Positions 1 through 10,140 of a DNA stretch of 64,000 bases are shown in pieces. Within the stretch, counting starts at the first letter, position 1, and each line of letters starts with the position of its first letter. Made by a program: the position numbers and the translations under genes. A model generated the notes under the pieces. That model did no database searches. It had not been told where the DNA came from and worked only from the letters and a program-made list of their open reading frames with translations. Source of the stretch: Acidobacteriota bacterium (GTDB lineage Bacteria; Acidobacteriota; Thermoanaerobaculia; Gp7-AA8); the NCBI GenBank assembly GCA_019244185.1, contig JAFATB010000010.1, positions 32,001-96,000 of the forward strand, written 5' to 3'.

Positions 1-483
1 GCGATCGAGGCGAACGTGCCGCTGGAGACGTTCTTCGAGGTCGCGGAACATCTCAATCGCCGCGGCGTGGTCGGACGCTTCTCGACGTTTCTCGAACACG
101 TCAAGCCGCTGCAGACGGGCGAGCGCGTCACGCGCTTCAATGCGCTCTTCCACTGGGCGGTACCGCCGGGACGCGAGCTCGAGGCGGGACGCGAGGTCGG
201 CCGCTTCGACATCCTGACGCACTGCTACTGGCGCGAAGGCGGCCCGGAGTTCCGCAACGTGAACATCATGGCCGTCGCGCACGGCACGGACAAAGAGCTC
301 GTGCTCGCGCACAAGCGCGCCATCGACGAGCATCTCGCGAGCATCGGCATTCCGGTGAGCTACACGAACGTGTTCTGGGGAGGCCGCAGCGAGATCAAGC
401 CGAGCGAGATCTCGCCGTTCGCGTATCGCGACTGGTGCTGGGCGCGCGGCGTCGATCCCGAATCGATGCGCGAGACGGCGTAG
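1..483 (+). CDS. Lrp/AsnC-fold protein resembling siroheme decarboxylase subunit (AhbA/AhbB, NirDL-like); 5'-truncated by window edge
   Basis: Frame is open from base 1 to TAG 483; 'THCYWR' resembles the HCYxR motif of AhbB/NirDL-type proteins, followed by 'NIMAVAHG'. Confidence 0.5.
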   Translation, partial: AIEANVPLETFFEVAEHLNRRGVVGRFSTFLEHVKPLQTGERVTRFNALFHWAVPPGRELEAGREVGRFDILTHCYWREGGPEFRNVNIMAVAHGTDKELVLAHKRAIDEHLASIGIPVSYTNVFWGGRSEIKPSEISPFAYRDWCWARGVDPESMRETA

Positions 484-485
484 CG

Positions 486-1253
486 TCACCGCAGTTGCCG
501 CAGCAGCGCCGCCGCGAAGCGATCCGTGCGCTCGCGATCGCCGCGCAGAAAGAGCGACGGCTCGATGAGCTCGAGCTCCATCAGCGTGATGCCCGCGGCG
601 CGCTCGACGAGATCGACGCGCGCGTACACCGGCATCGACGGCGCGCGTTCGAGCACGAAGCGCGCGTAGTCGAGCATCGCGGACGACGGCTCGGCCGGCG
701 TCGCGGAGCCGCCGAGTTCTTCCTGCACGCGAAAGTCGCCGCTGCGCGGCCGCTTGACGACGGCGTGGCTGAACGCGCCGTCGAAGAAGAGCAGCGACCA
801 TTCGCCGGCCGTCGCGATCTCGGAGACGAACTCCTGCACGAGCAGGTCGTCGGCGAAGTAGCGCGTCTCGTATGCGGACGCCGAGACCGCCGGCTTGATG
901 ACGACGTTGCGCACGAGCTGCGACGCCGGAATGCGCACGCCCTCCGACGCGAGCCCGAGGAGATACGACTTGTGCAGGTTCCAGCGCAGCAGCGAGGGCG
1001 GATTCACGAGCGTCGTCAGGCGCGCAACGCGTTCGATCCATGCGTCGAATTCAGCGACGCGCAGGTGATAGTCCCAGCACGAGCGGACGACGACGAGCGC
1101 GTAGCGCGACCAGTCGATCGACGCGTCGCTCCAGATCACCGGCTCCGCGTCGAAGCCGCCGTCGCGCAACGCGGGAATCAGCGCCGCATCATCCGGCGAG
1201 AGCTCGGGCCAGGAAGCGGACGTGGCGAGTGCGATCGTACGGCGGGCGCTCAC
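486..1253 (-). CDS. RimK/glutathione-synthetase-like ATP-grasp protein
   Basis: Motifs RSCWDY, WNLHKSYL, VIKPAVSASA, GEWSLLFFDGAFSHAVVK, DFRVQEELGG, YARVD, LMELELIEPSLF. Confidence 0.8.
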   Translation of the reverse strand: MSARRTIALATSASWPELSPDDAALIPALRDGGFDAEPVIWSDASIDWSRYALVVVRSCWDYHLRVAEFDAWIERVARLTTLVNPPSLLRWNLHKSYLLGLASEGVRIPASQLVRNVVIKPAVSASAYETRYFADDLLVQEFVSEIATAGEWSLLFFDGAFSHAVVKRPRSGDFRVQEELGGSATPAEPSSAMLDYARFVLERAPSMPVYARVDLVERAAGITLMELELIEPSLFLRGDRERTDRFAAALLRQLR

Positions 1254-1265
1254 GAGTCGCGGAGT

Positions 1266-2883
<1,618 letters not shown>

Positions 2884-2905
2884 ATCGGCGCTGTCAACAG
2901 CAGGC

Positions 2906-2934
2906 TTGCAGAAAGACTTCCGAGAGATTAATCT
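2906..2934 (+). promoter_or_regulatory. sigma70-type promoter for hsp20
   Basis: TTGCAG (2906-2911), 17-nt spacer, TAATCT (2929-2934) in an AT-rich intergenic region; RBS AGGAG near 3009-3013. Confidence 0.65.
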
Positions 2935-3006
2935 TAGTCATACAAGCGCAGAAATAAAACAGAACGCGCGAGAAGTTACGCAAAACATGAGCAGTAATGA
3001 CTAAGA
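2932..3006. promoter_or_regulatory. 10-bp inverted repeat flanking the hsp20 leader (candidate operator)
   Basis: TCTTAGTCAT (2932-2941) and its exact reverse complement ATGACTAAGA (2997-3006). Confidence 0.5.
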
Positions 3007-3021
3007 ACAGGAGATTGAACA

Positions 3022-3483
3022 ATGACTTTTCTGACTCGTTCCAATCCCTTTGAGGATCTTCGCCGTGTGGAGGCTCGTCTCTTCGAACCGTTCTTCCGCT
3101 TTCCCTTCTTTGCGGAAGAGGCGCGCGGCACCGCCTGGAACCCGCCGGTCGACGTGGTCGAGGAGCAGGAGAAGCTCATCCTCAAGATGGAGATCCCGGG
3201 CATCGATGAGAAGGACCTGCGGATCACGTTCGAGGACGGCCTGCTGAGCGTCAGCGGCGAGCGGCAGTTCGAGCGGAAGGAAGACCGCAACTACCACCGC
3301 ATCGAGCGCGCGTACGGCAGCTTCACGCGTTCGTTCTCGCTCCCGCGCACCGTCGACGGCGCGCAGATCGTGGCGAACTATCGCAACGGCGTGCTCGAGA
3401 TCGAGGTGCCGAAGCGCGAAGAGGCGAAGCCGAAGCAGATCGCGATCAACGTGAACGCCGGCGGCAAGCAGATCAACGAGTAA
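3022..3483 (+). CDS. Hsp20/alpha-crystallin small heat shock protein
   Basis: WNPPVDV, EIPGID, LSVSGER, YHRIERAYGSFTRSFSLP, ANYRNGVLEI, C-terminal IAI motif. Confidence 0.95.
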   Translation: MTFLTRSNPFEDLRRVEARLFEPFFRFPFFAEEARGTAWNPPVDVVEEQEKLILKMEIPGIDEKDLRITFEDGLLSVSGERQFERKEDRNYHRIERAYGSFTRSFSLPRTVDGAQIVANYRNGVLEIEVPKREEAKPKQIAINVNAGGKQINE

Positions 3484-3511
3484 GACGTTCGCGTCGCAGA
3501 CGCGATGTTGG

Positions 3512-3541
3512 AGCGCTGCCGCGACCCGGCAGCGCTTTTTG
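3512..3541 (+). terminator. Rho-independent terminator after hsp20
   Basis: AGCGCTGCCG-cgacc-CGGCAGCGCT 10-bp stem followed by a T run. Confidence 0.85.
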
Positions 3542-3562
3542 TTGCGCATTCGCGGCGAACAC

Positions 3563-3670
3563 GTTCAGTGCAGCCGCACGTGCGGATAGGCTCGGCCCTT
3601 AGCGCAGCCGGCCGGGCCGGCCGTACGTGCGGATAGGCTTGGCCTTTAGCGCCGCCGGCCGCGCCGGCCG
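3563..3670 (+). repeat. Dispersed REP-like repeat, one full and one partial tandem copy (47-bp period)
   Basis: 3563-3622 matches the reverse complement of 23781-23840 at 54/60 nt; second unit starts at 3625; contains palindrome CCGCACGTGCGG. Confidence 0.8.
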
Positions 3671-3696
3671 GCCGGGCCGGATAGAATCACGCGCGC

Positions 3697-4965
3697 ATGC
3701 GACTGAATGTCACCAGTGAGATCGGCAAGCTGAAGAGCGTGCTGGTCCACCTTCCGGGGCGGGAGATCGATCAGATGATCCCGCCGATGATGGCGCAGCT
3801 CCTCTTCGACGACATCCTCTACGGACAAGTCGCGCGCGAGGAGCATCGCCGTTTCCAGCAACTGATCCGCTTCGTCGCCGACGACGTCATCGACCTGCAG
3901 GACCTGCTCGAAGAGACGCTCGACGATCCCGACGTGAAGCGGCGCATCGTGCGCGATCTCGCGAAGCGCAACGGCCTCGGGCGCAAGCTCACCGGCTCGC
4001 TCCTCGAGCTCACGCCCGCCGCGCTCGCGGAGGTGCTCATCGGCGGCATCGCGCGCGAGACCGGTAGCGGCGAGCTGCCGCAGTTCGAGCTCTTCCCGAT
4101 CCCGAACCTCTTCTTCATGCGCGACCCGCAAGTCGTCCTCGGCGACCGCGTCGTCATCTCATCGATGGCCACGCAGGCGCGCCGCCGCGAGTCGCTGCTG
4201 TCGAAGTACGTCTTCCAGTATCACCCGCGCTTCGGCACGCGCGATCCGTTCTGGGTCGACTTCATGACGTCCGAGCCCGAGCGGCCGATGCCGCGCTCCA
4301 CGCCGACGCTCGAAGGCGGCGACGTACTCGTGCCGCGGCGCGACCTCCTGCTCGTCGGCGTCACCGAGCGCACGAACCGCGCGGGCGTGATGGCGCTCAT
4401 GCGGTCGCTGAAAGAAGCGAACGCCGGCGTCGAGACCGTGATCATCGTCGACATCCCGCGGCAGCGCTCGTTCATGCATCTCGACACCATCTTCACCTTC
4501 ATCAATCGCCACGAATGCCTCATCTATCCGCCGGTGATTCTGCCGAGCGGCAGCCAGGCGGCGAAGGTGACGATGGTCGACCTCACGAAGAAGCGCACGC
4601 TCGCGTACTCGGAGCAGAAGTCGCTCCTCGGCGCGCTGAAGAAAAAAGGCTTCGATCTCGAGCCGGTGTATTGCGGCGGCAAGCGCGCTGTCGATCAGCA
4701 GCGCGAGCAGTGGACGGATGGCGCGAATGCGTTCGCGCTCGCGCCGGGGATCATCCTCCTCTACGAGCGCAACGTGCGCACGGCCGAGGAGCTGGCGACG
4801 CATGGATATCACATCATCTACGAGGACGATCTGCTCCTCGGGCGCACGGAGCTCGAGACGTGGACGGACAAGAAATACGCGCTGCAGATCGCGGGGAACG
4901 AGCTCTCGCGGGCGCGCGGCGGTCCGCGCTGCATGACCATGCCGCTCGAGCGCGAGGAGCTTTGA
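3697..4965 (+). CDS. arcA: Arginine deiminase
   Basis: SEIGKLKSVLVHLPG, LLFDDI, PNLFFMRD, LEGGD, FMHLDT, EQWTDGAN, ELSRARGGPRCMTMPL (catalytic Cys). Confidence 0.95.
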   Translation: MRLNVTSEIGKLKSVLVHLPGREIDQMIPPMMAQLLFDDILYGQVAREEHRRFQQLIRFVADDVIDLQDLLEETLDDPDVKRRIVRDLAKRNGLGRKLTGSLLELTPAALAEVLIGGIARETGSGELPQFELFPIPNLFFMRDPQVVLGDRVVISSMATQARRRESLLSKYVFQYHPRFGTRDPFWVDFMTSEPERPMPRSTPTLEGGDVLVPRRDLLLVGVTERTNRAGVMALMRSLKEANAGVETVIIVDIPRQRSFMHLDTIFTFINRHECLIYPPVILPSGSQAAKVTMVDLTKKRTLAYSEQKSLLGALKKKGFDLEPVYCGGKRAVDQQREQWTDGANAFALAPGIILLYERNVRTAEELATHGYHIIYEDDLLLGRTELETWTDKKYALQIAGNELSRARGGPRCMTMPLEREEL

Positions 4966-5919
4966 TTGGGCAAACGTGAGCAACCGCTGGCCGTCGTCGC
5001 ATTCGGCGGCAACGCGCTGCTGCGCCCCGAGGATCGCGGCACGCAGGAAGAACAGATCGCGCGCGCGAAGCAGGCCGCGCGCTGGCTCGCGGAGATCGTG
5101 CGCCATCACTACAAACTGATCGTCGTGCACGGCAACGGGCCGCAGGTCGGCAACATCCTCGTGCAGGCGGAAGAAGCGTCGACCAAGATCCCGCCGCAGA
5201 CGCTCGACGTCTGCGTCGCGCAGACCGAAGGCTCGATCGGTTTCATGCTGCAGCAGGCCATCCGCAATCGCCTCGAGGCGATCGGCGAGCGCGGCGAAGT
5301 GGCGACGATCCTCACCGAAGTCGAAGTCGATCCGAACGACATCGCGTTCAAGCGTCCGACGAAACCGATCGGACCGTTCTTCACGCGCTATCGCGCCGAA
5401 GCGCTCGAGCGCGACCTCGGCTGGACGATGCGCGAAGACTCAGGGCGCGGCTGGCGTCACGTCGTGCCGTCGCCAAGGCCGCTGCACATCCTCAACATCA
5501 AAACGGTGGATCGGATGCTCGACACCGCGTCGGTCGTGATCGCGGCGGGCGGTGGCGGCGTGCCGGTGGTGAAGGGCCGCGACGGCCAATGGCGCGGCAT
5601 CGAGGCGGTGATCGACAAAGACTTCGCGTCGGCGCTGCTCGCGTCGGAGCTCGAGGCGGACCTCTTCATCATCCTCACCGGCGTGCCGAAAGTGGCGATC
5701 GACTTCGGCAAACCGACGCAGCGTTTTCTCGAGCGGATGACGGTCGCGGAAGTCGAGCAGCATCTCGCCGACGGCCAGTTTCCGCCGGGGTCGATGGGCC
5801 CGAAGGTGCAGTCCGCGATTCAGTTCGTACGCGCGACCGGCAAAGAAGTGCTGATCACGGACGTCGAGGTGTTGCGCGAAGCGCTCGATGGCCGCGACGG
5901 GACGGTCATTGCTCCCTAA
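4966..5919 (+). CDS. arcC: Carbamate kinase
   Basis: VAFGGNALL, HGNGPQVG, PTKPIGPF, GGGGVPV, EAVIDKD, GSMGPKV; TTG start abuts the arcA stop. Confidence 0.95.
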   Translation: MGKREQPLAVVAFGGNALLRPEDRGTQEEQIARAKQAARWLAEIVRHHYKLIVVHGNGPQVGNILVQAEEASTKIPPQTLDVCVAQTEGSIGFMLQQAIRNRLEAIGERGEVATILTEVEVDPNDIAFKRPTKPIGPFFTRYRAEALERDLGWTMREDSGRGWRHVVPSPRPLHILNIKTVDRMLDTASVVIAAGGGGVPVVKGRDGQWRGIEAVIDKDFASALLASELEADLFIILTGVPKVAIDFGKPTQRFLERMTVAEVEQHLADGQFPPGSMGPKVQSAIQFVRATGKEVLITDVEVLREALDGRDGTVIAP

Positions 5920-5934
5920 CGTGGGGCCGGGCGT

Positions 5935-6447
5935 TTACCGCCAGTCGTGTGGCAGCTCGCGTTTGTCGCGACTCCATTTTCCCGCGCGCCCTTCGCAGAT
6001 GAGCATGCGCAGCGCGTCGTTGACGGCGGCTTCGTCGCGATAGAACTCCGCGATCACCGGCTCGATCGTGACCGTGATCGGCCCGCGCGCCTCGAATAGC
6101 GCGCCGCGGCGGGCTTTGCTCCAGTCGAGATGCGCGGTGGGATCCTCTTCCAGCGGTGCGTCGTGAATGCGATCTCCTTTCATGTATCGTCTCCTTTCTC
6201 GCGCGGCCGGAATGCGCGCGCTGATGATCCACGCGTTGCCGTCGCGGACGGTGTAGATGACGGCGACGAGGCGGCGTCGCACGGACTCGCCCATCGCGAA
6301 GTAGCGGTCTTCATCGTTCGAATGCTCGCCGTCGTCGACGTGCACGAGCAGCGGGTCGAGGAAGATCGTCTGCGCCTCGTCGAACGTGACGTAGTGCTTC
6401 CGCTCGTTTTCCTGGGCTTTGTCGACGTCCCAGCTGACGCTCTTCAC
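5935..6447 (-). CDS. Fused BrnT-family toxin / BrnA-like antitoxin
   Basis: Residues 1-88 show the BrnT (DUF497) pattern WDxxKxxxNxxKH..F.EA..F.DP..HS.DEDR..IISAR..ERRRY. Residues 89-170 resemble BrnA-like antitoxins (DWSKARRG...IEPVIAEFY.DEAAVNDALRMLI). No stop between them. Confidence 0.8.
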   Translation of the reverse strand: MKSVSWDVDKAQENERKHYVTFDEAQTIFLDPLLVHVDDGEHSNDEDRYFAMGESVRRRLVAVIYTVRDGNAWIISARIPAARERRRYMKGDRIHDAPLEEDPTAHLDWSKARRGALFEARGPITVTIEPVIAEFYRDEAAVNDALRMLICEGRAGKWSRDKRELPHDWR

Positions 6448-6448
6448 G

Positions 6449-6467
6449 CACCGAGGCTACCTCGGTG
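6449..6467. promoter_or_regulatory. Palindrome/hairpin just upstream of the toxin GTG start
   Basis: CACCGAGG-cta-CCTCGGTG; on the minus strand it buries GAGG and ends 1 nt before GTG 6447. Confidence 0.6.
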
Positions 6468-6470
6468 TTT

Positions 6471-6779
6471 CTAAGGCGCGCAATCGGGACAGAGGGCGCG
6501 GAGGCGTTCGAACGTCCAGATCCCATAGGAATGACCGTCCGCCCAGTTGAGCTGGAGGGCGTAATTGCCCACCGGTTCCACCGACTGTAGAGAGAACGAG
6601 TCGGTCGTATAAACCTGCGGGAGGCGTCCGGAGACGCGGCCGAAGAAATCGGACTCGCCGGAGCAGACCGCGCACGGGCACGCGCGGCGGAGCTCGTCGA
6701 GCGGGTAGTATGATTCGTGCCCGTCGTCCCAGACGACGACGAAGAGATTTCCGAGCACCTGATACGAACGTGGGCGCAT
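6471..6779 (-). CDS. DUF971 / gamma-butyrobetaine hydroxylase N-terminal-like protein
   Basis: WDDGHESYY..LRRACPCAVC, VGNYALQLNWADGHSYGIWTFERLR. Confidence 0.9.
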   Translation of the reverse strand: MRPRSYQVLGNLFVVVWDDGHESYYPLDELRRACPCAVCSGESDFFGRVSGRLPQVYTTDSFSLQSVEPVGNYALQLNWADGHSYGIWTFERLRALCPDCAP

Positions 6780-7569
6780 GCCGACTTACAGACTGACCAT
6801 CGAGTACGAAGGCACTCGCTACTCCGGTTGGCAGGCGCAGGGTAACACGCAGAAAACCGTTCAGGGCCATCTGCTGCGCGCCGCCCACGACATCCTCGGC
6901 GAGGTCGACCTCGGCGGCGCGGGACGCACGGACGCGGGCGTGCACGCGGTGGCGCAGGTCGCGCATCTCCGCACGCACAAGTCGGTCGAGCCGCTGCAGC
7001 TGATGCGCAAGCTCAACGACCTTCTGCCGCACGACATCAACGTGCTCGAGCTCTCGCGCACGCGCGACAACTTTCATGCGCGCCACGACGCCACCTCGCG
7101 CGTCTATCTATATCAGATCGCCACGCGCCGCACGGCGTTCGCGAAATCGTTCGTCTGGTGGATCAAGGACCGGCTCGACGTCGAAGCGATGGCGCGCGCG
7201 GCCGGCGCGGTCGCGGGACGCCACGACTTCAGCGCGTTCACCGACAAGCGCCTGAAGGAAGAAGACTCGCGCATCGTCGTCGTCGAGCGTTGCGAGCTCG
7301 CGCGCGACGGTGAGCTGATTCTCTTCCGCATCGCCGCGTCGCATTTCCTCTGGAAGATGGTGCGCAAGCTCGTGTCGATCCTCGTCGAGATCGGACGCGG
7401 CAACGAGACCGACATCGCGTCGCGGCTGCACGCGCGCGCCGAGCCGTACGCGCCGACCGCGCCGCCGTCGGGACTGTTTCTCGAAGCGATCGTGTACGAA
7501 GGCGAGACGTTCGAGCGGCCGCTCGCGCCGCTCATTCCGGTCGAGCGCTTCGTGAGGCCGCGGCGATGA
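6778..7569 (+). CDS. truA: tRNA pseudouridine(38-40) synthase
   Basis: YEGTRYSGWQ, GAGRTDAGVHA, FHARHDA, HDFSAF, FLWKMVR, TAPPSGLFL. Confidence 0.95.
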   Translation: MPTYRLTIEYEGTRYSGWQAQGNTQKTVQGHLLRAAHDILGEVDLGGAGRTDAGVHAVAQVAHLRTHKSVEPLQLMRKLNDLLPHDINVLELSRTRDNFHARHDATSRVYLYQIATRRTAFAKSFVWWIKDRLDVEAMARAAGAVAGRHDFSAFTDKRLKEEDSRIVVVERCELARDGELILFRIAASHFLWKMVRKLVSILVEIGRGNETDIASRLHARAEPYAPTAPPSGLFLEAIVYEGETFERPLAPLIPVERFVRPRR

Positions 7570-8498
7570 ACGAGGCGCAACTCGTCGCGCGCGTGCGCGA
7601 GCTCTTCTCGCCGCGCATCGGCGACGACGCGGCGGTCGTGGATGATCAGGTCTTCACGACCGACATGCTCGTCGAGGACGTCGACTTCACGCGCGCGATT
7701 CCGCTCGCGACGATCGCGCGCAAGAGCCTGGCGGTGAACCTCTCCGATCTCGCGGCGATGGGCGCGGCGCCCGCGTACGCGCTGGTCGCGCTGGCGCTGC
7801 CGGAGTGGGCGCGGGAGCGCGCGGACGAGCTGCTCGTGTCGCTTGCAAACGCGGCGAAGGAACACGGCATCGAGATCATCGGCGGCGATCTCTCGCGTGG
7901 CGAGAAGCTCACCATCGCGATCACCGCGGTCGGCCGCATCGTCACGCGACCGCTCCTGCGCAGCGGCGCGAAGCCGGGAGACCGGCTGTACGTTTCGCGC
8001 CCGCTCGGCGCGTCCGCGGCGGGGCTCTCGCTGCTTTCGAAGAACGACGCGCTCAGTTATGCCGAGCGCGAGTTCGCGGAGTCGTGCATCCGCCGCCATC
8101 TCGATCCAGAGCCGGAGCTCGCGTTGGGACTCGCGCTCGCGAAGATCCCGCAGGTCACCGCGTGCATCGATGTCTCCGACGGCCTCTCGACCGACGTGCA
8201 TCATCTCTGCGAGGCCTCGCAGTGCGGCGCGGAGATCGAGCGCGAGCGCATCCCGGTCTTTCCCGATCTCGCCGCGTACGGACCGAAGCTCGGCATCGCG
8301 GTGCGCGAGGCGGTGCTCGACGGCGGCGAGGAGTACGCGCTGCTGTTCACGTCCTCGCTGCGCGAGTCGGAGCTGTCGCGACTGACGGGACGTCCGGTGT
8401 ATCGCATCGGACGCATGACGCGCGAGCGCGGCGTGGTGCTCGTCGACGGCGGTGCCGCGCGGCCGCTAGAGCCGCGCGGGTTCGATCACTTCGCGTGA
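7566..8498 (+). CDS. thiL: Thiamine-monophosphate kinase
   Basis: IGDDAAV, TTDMLVEDVDF, NLSDLAAMGA, IIGGD, RSGAKPGD, IDVSDGL, GGEEYALLFT; ATGA overlap with truA. Confidence 0.93.
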   Translation: MNEAQLVARVRELFSPRIGDDAAVVDDQVFTTDMLVEDVDFTRAIPLATIARKSLAVNLSDLAAMGAAPAYALVALALPEWARERADELLVSLANAAKEHGIEIIGGDLSRGEKLTIAITAVGRIVTRPLLRSGAKPGDRLYVSRPLGASAAGLSLLSKNDALSYAEREFAESCIRRHLDPEPELALGLALAKIPQVTACIDVSDGLSTDVHHLCEASQCGAEIERERIPVFPDLAAYGPKLGIAVREAVLDGGEEYALLFTSSLRESELSRLTGRPVYRIGRMTRERGVVLVDGGAARPLEPRGFDHFA

Positions 8499-8965
8499 CG
8501 GTGGAGGTTCGACGCGGCGACGGCGCAGACGAAGGCGCCGATGCCGAGAGTCGTGCGGACGGCGTGGGCGCGGCTCCAGTTCTTGACGAGCGTCGTGCGT
8601 TCGGACGGATAGTCGGCGGCCGGCTGTTCGTCGAGCTGCTTGTTGATCGGCACGGTGACCATCACCGTCGCGGCGAGCACGCCGGCGAGGCCGAGGGCGG
8701 AGGCGGAATCGAGCACGCGGCGCGAGGCGGGCACGCCGACGCCACGCGGCGCGGCGACGGCCAGCGTGATCGCGGTGCCGAGCGCCACCGGTCCGATGGC
8801 GTTGAAGTAGCCGGCGATCGTCGGATTCATCCGGCTGTCGACGCGCGGCAGCTCTTCTTTCCAGCCGGGGACGAGCGCGGCTTCGCCGAAACCGAGCGAG
8901 CCTGCGAGCAGGCCCGCGGTAGTGAGGTTCACGAAGCGCAGGAGCGATTCGATCGTCCGGTTCAA
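8486..8965 (-). CDS. DUF1772 / anthrone oxygenase family membrane protein
   Basis: Four hydrophobic segments, TVMVTVPINKQL, W.RAHAVRT; RBS AGGAGG upstream of the TTG start. Confidence 0.75.
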   Translation of the reverse strand: MNRTIESLLRFVNLTTAGLLAGSLGFGEAALVPGWKEELPRVDSRMNPTIAGYFNAIGPVALGTAITLAVAAPRGVGVPASRRVLDSASALGLAGVLAATVMVTVPINKQLDEQPAADYPSERTTLVKNWSRAHAVRTTLGIGAFVCAVAASNLHRHAK

Positions 8966-9096
8966 ACAGTCCCCTCCTGACTATGCAAAGGTGAGGCGCG
9001 AACGCCAGGAGGAAGAGTACACCGAAGGAAACTGCGGCAAAAGAGCGGCGCGCGCGGAAACGCGGGATCGCGCGTGGCGATCCCGCGTGCATCGCG

Positions 9097-9717
9097 TCAG
9101 CGCTGCAGTTTCTTCTCGAGCTCTTTCATGCGCGACTCGAGCTCGCGGAGGCGGTCCTGCAGCTCGCTGCAGTTCGGCAGCGAGTCGATGCGCGCCTTCC
9201 ATTCGGGAGAGTTGAACGTCTCGCCGACTTCGCGCGACAGATCGGCGAAGTGGCCGAGGAGCATGCGCGGCGCCTCGCGCTCGACGAGTGTGGCCACGGC
9301 GGTCTGCCGCGCGCGTCCGCGAATGAACTCGATGCGCACGGTGTCGCCGTCCTTCTTGTCCTTGATCGCGCGGCGCAGGGCGCCGCTCCACGCGATGTTG
9401 TTGCCGTCGACGCTGACGATCACGTCGCCGGGACGGAGGCCTGCTTTGTCGGCGGGGCTGCCGTCTTCGACGGAGTCGACGAGCGCGCCGCTCTCCTTCG
9501 TCGAGCCGAAGTGCTCGCGCAGGTCGCCGGAGATGTCGATGAGGCTGACGCCGAGGAATGCGCGCTTGCCGGGAGCGACGAGATCGACGGAGGCGTCGCC
9601 GGTGTCGGAGATCACTTTGCCGTCGCGCACGACGACGGTGCGCGTGTGCTGTTCCGCGAAGAGCGCGGATGCGGCGAAGAGGAGAAGAGCGAGGATGAGG
9701 ATTCGTTTCATGGTCAT
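9097..9717 (-). CDS. Secreted PDZ-domain protein
   Basis: Signal peptide MKRILILALLLFAASALFA; AFLGV, GALVDSVEDGSPADKAGLRPGDVIVSVDG; C-terminal coiled coil. Confidence 0.85.
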   Translation of the reverse strand: MTMKRILILALLLFAASALFAEQHTRTVVVRDGKVISDTGDASVDLVAPGKRAFLGVSLIDISGDLREHFGSTKESGALVDSVEDGSPADKAGLRPGDVIVSVDGNNIAWSGALRRAIKDKKDGDTVRIEFIRGRARQTAVATLVEREAPRMLLGHFADLSREVGETFNSPEWKARIDSLPNCSELQDRLRELESRMKELEKKLQR

Positions 9718-9726
9718 GGCTGATCC

Positions 9727-10140
9727 TTAGTCAAAGGTGCGGTAGGCGACGGGTTGGATGTCCGGATTGTTCGGGAGCGTGCGCGCGGCGGAGTCGGCGT
9801 CGACGATGACGCGCGAGCCGCCGTCGTTTTCGAAGACGACCACCGGCTCGGGCGCGTTGGCGTCCTGCTTCACCGACTCGAGCTCGGCGCGCAGTTTCTG
9901 TTGTTCGGCGCGCAACGCGGCCACGCGCTGCTGACGGGCGCGCTGCGCGATGCCGGCGTTGACGGCGACGAGCAGGACGAGCGCCATCGCGCAGGCCGCG
10001 AGCGTGCGCCACGTGAACCGCGGTTGCCCCTGCGGTTCACGCGACGCGCGCAGCTTGCGCCGCAGCTCAGAGTCGAACGCCGGCGACGCGTTCGTGCGCG
10101 GAAGGCCCCGCAGCAAATCGCCGAGTTGAGTGTCGTTCAT
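9727..10140 (-). CDS. Putative single-pass anti-sigma factor
   Basis: Short N-terminal domain, one TM helix, then a coiled coil; directly downstream of and overlapping an ECF sigma gene. Confidence 0.65.
   Translation of the reverse strand: MNDTQLGDLLRGLPRTNASPAFDSELRRKLRASREPQGQPRFTWRTLAACAMALVLLVAVNAGIAQRARQQRVAALRAEQQKLRAELESVKQDANAPEPVVVFENDGGSRVIVDADSAARTLPNNPDIQPVAYRTFD

Noticed and set aside
2932-3021. CIRCE or ROSE element upstream of hsp20
   Set aside because: CIRCE consensus absent; no clear anti-SD hairpin pairing with the RBS.
3563-3680. Tandem 47-bp repeat as a possible CRISPR array
   Set aside because: Only two adjacent units, no unique spacers, no cas genes.
8980-9010. sigma54 promoter upstream of the DUF1772 gene
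   Set aside because: TTGCA is present but the -24 position reads CG; the nearby TGGC is at the wrong spacing.
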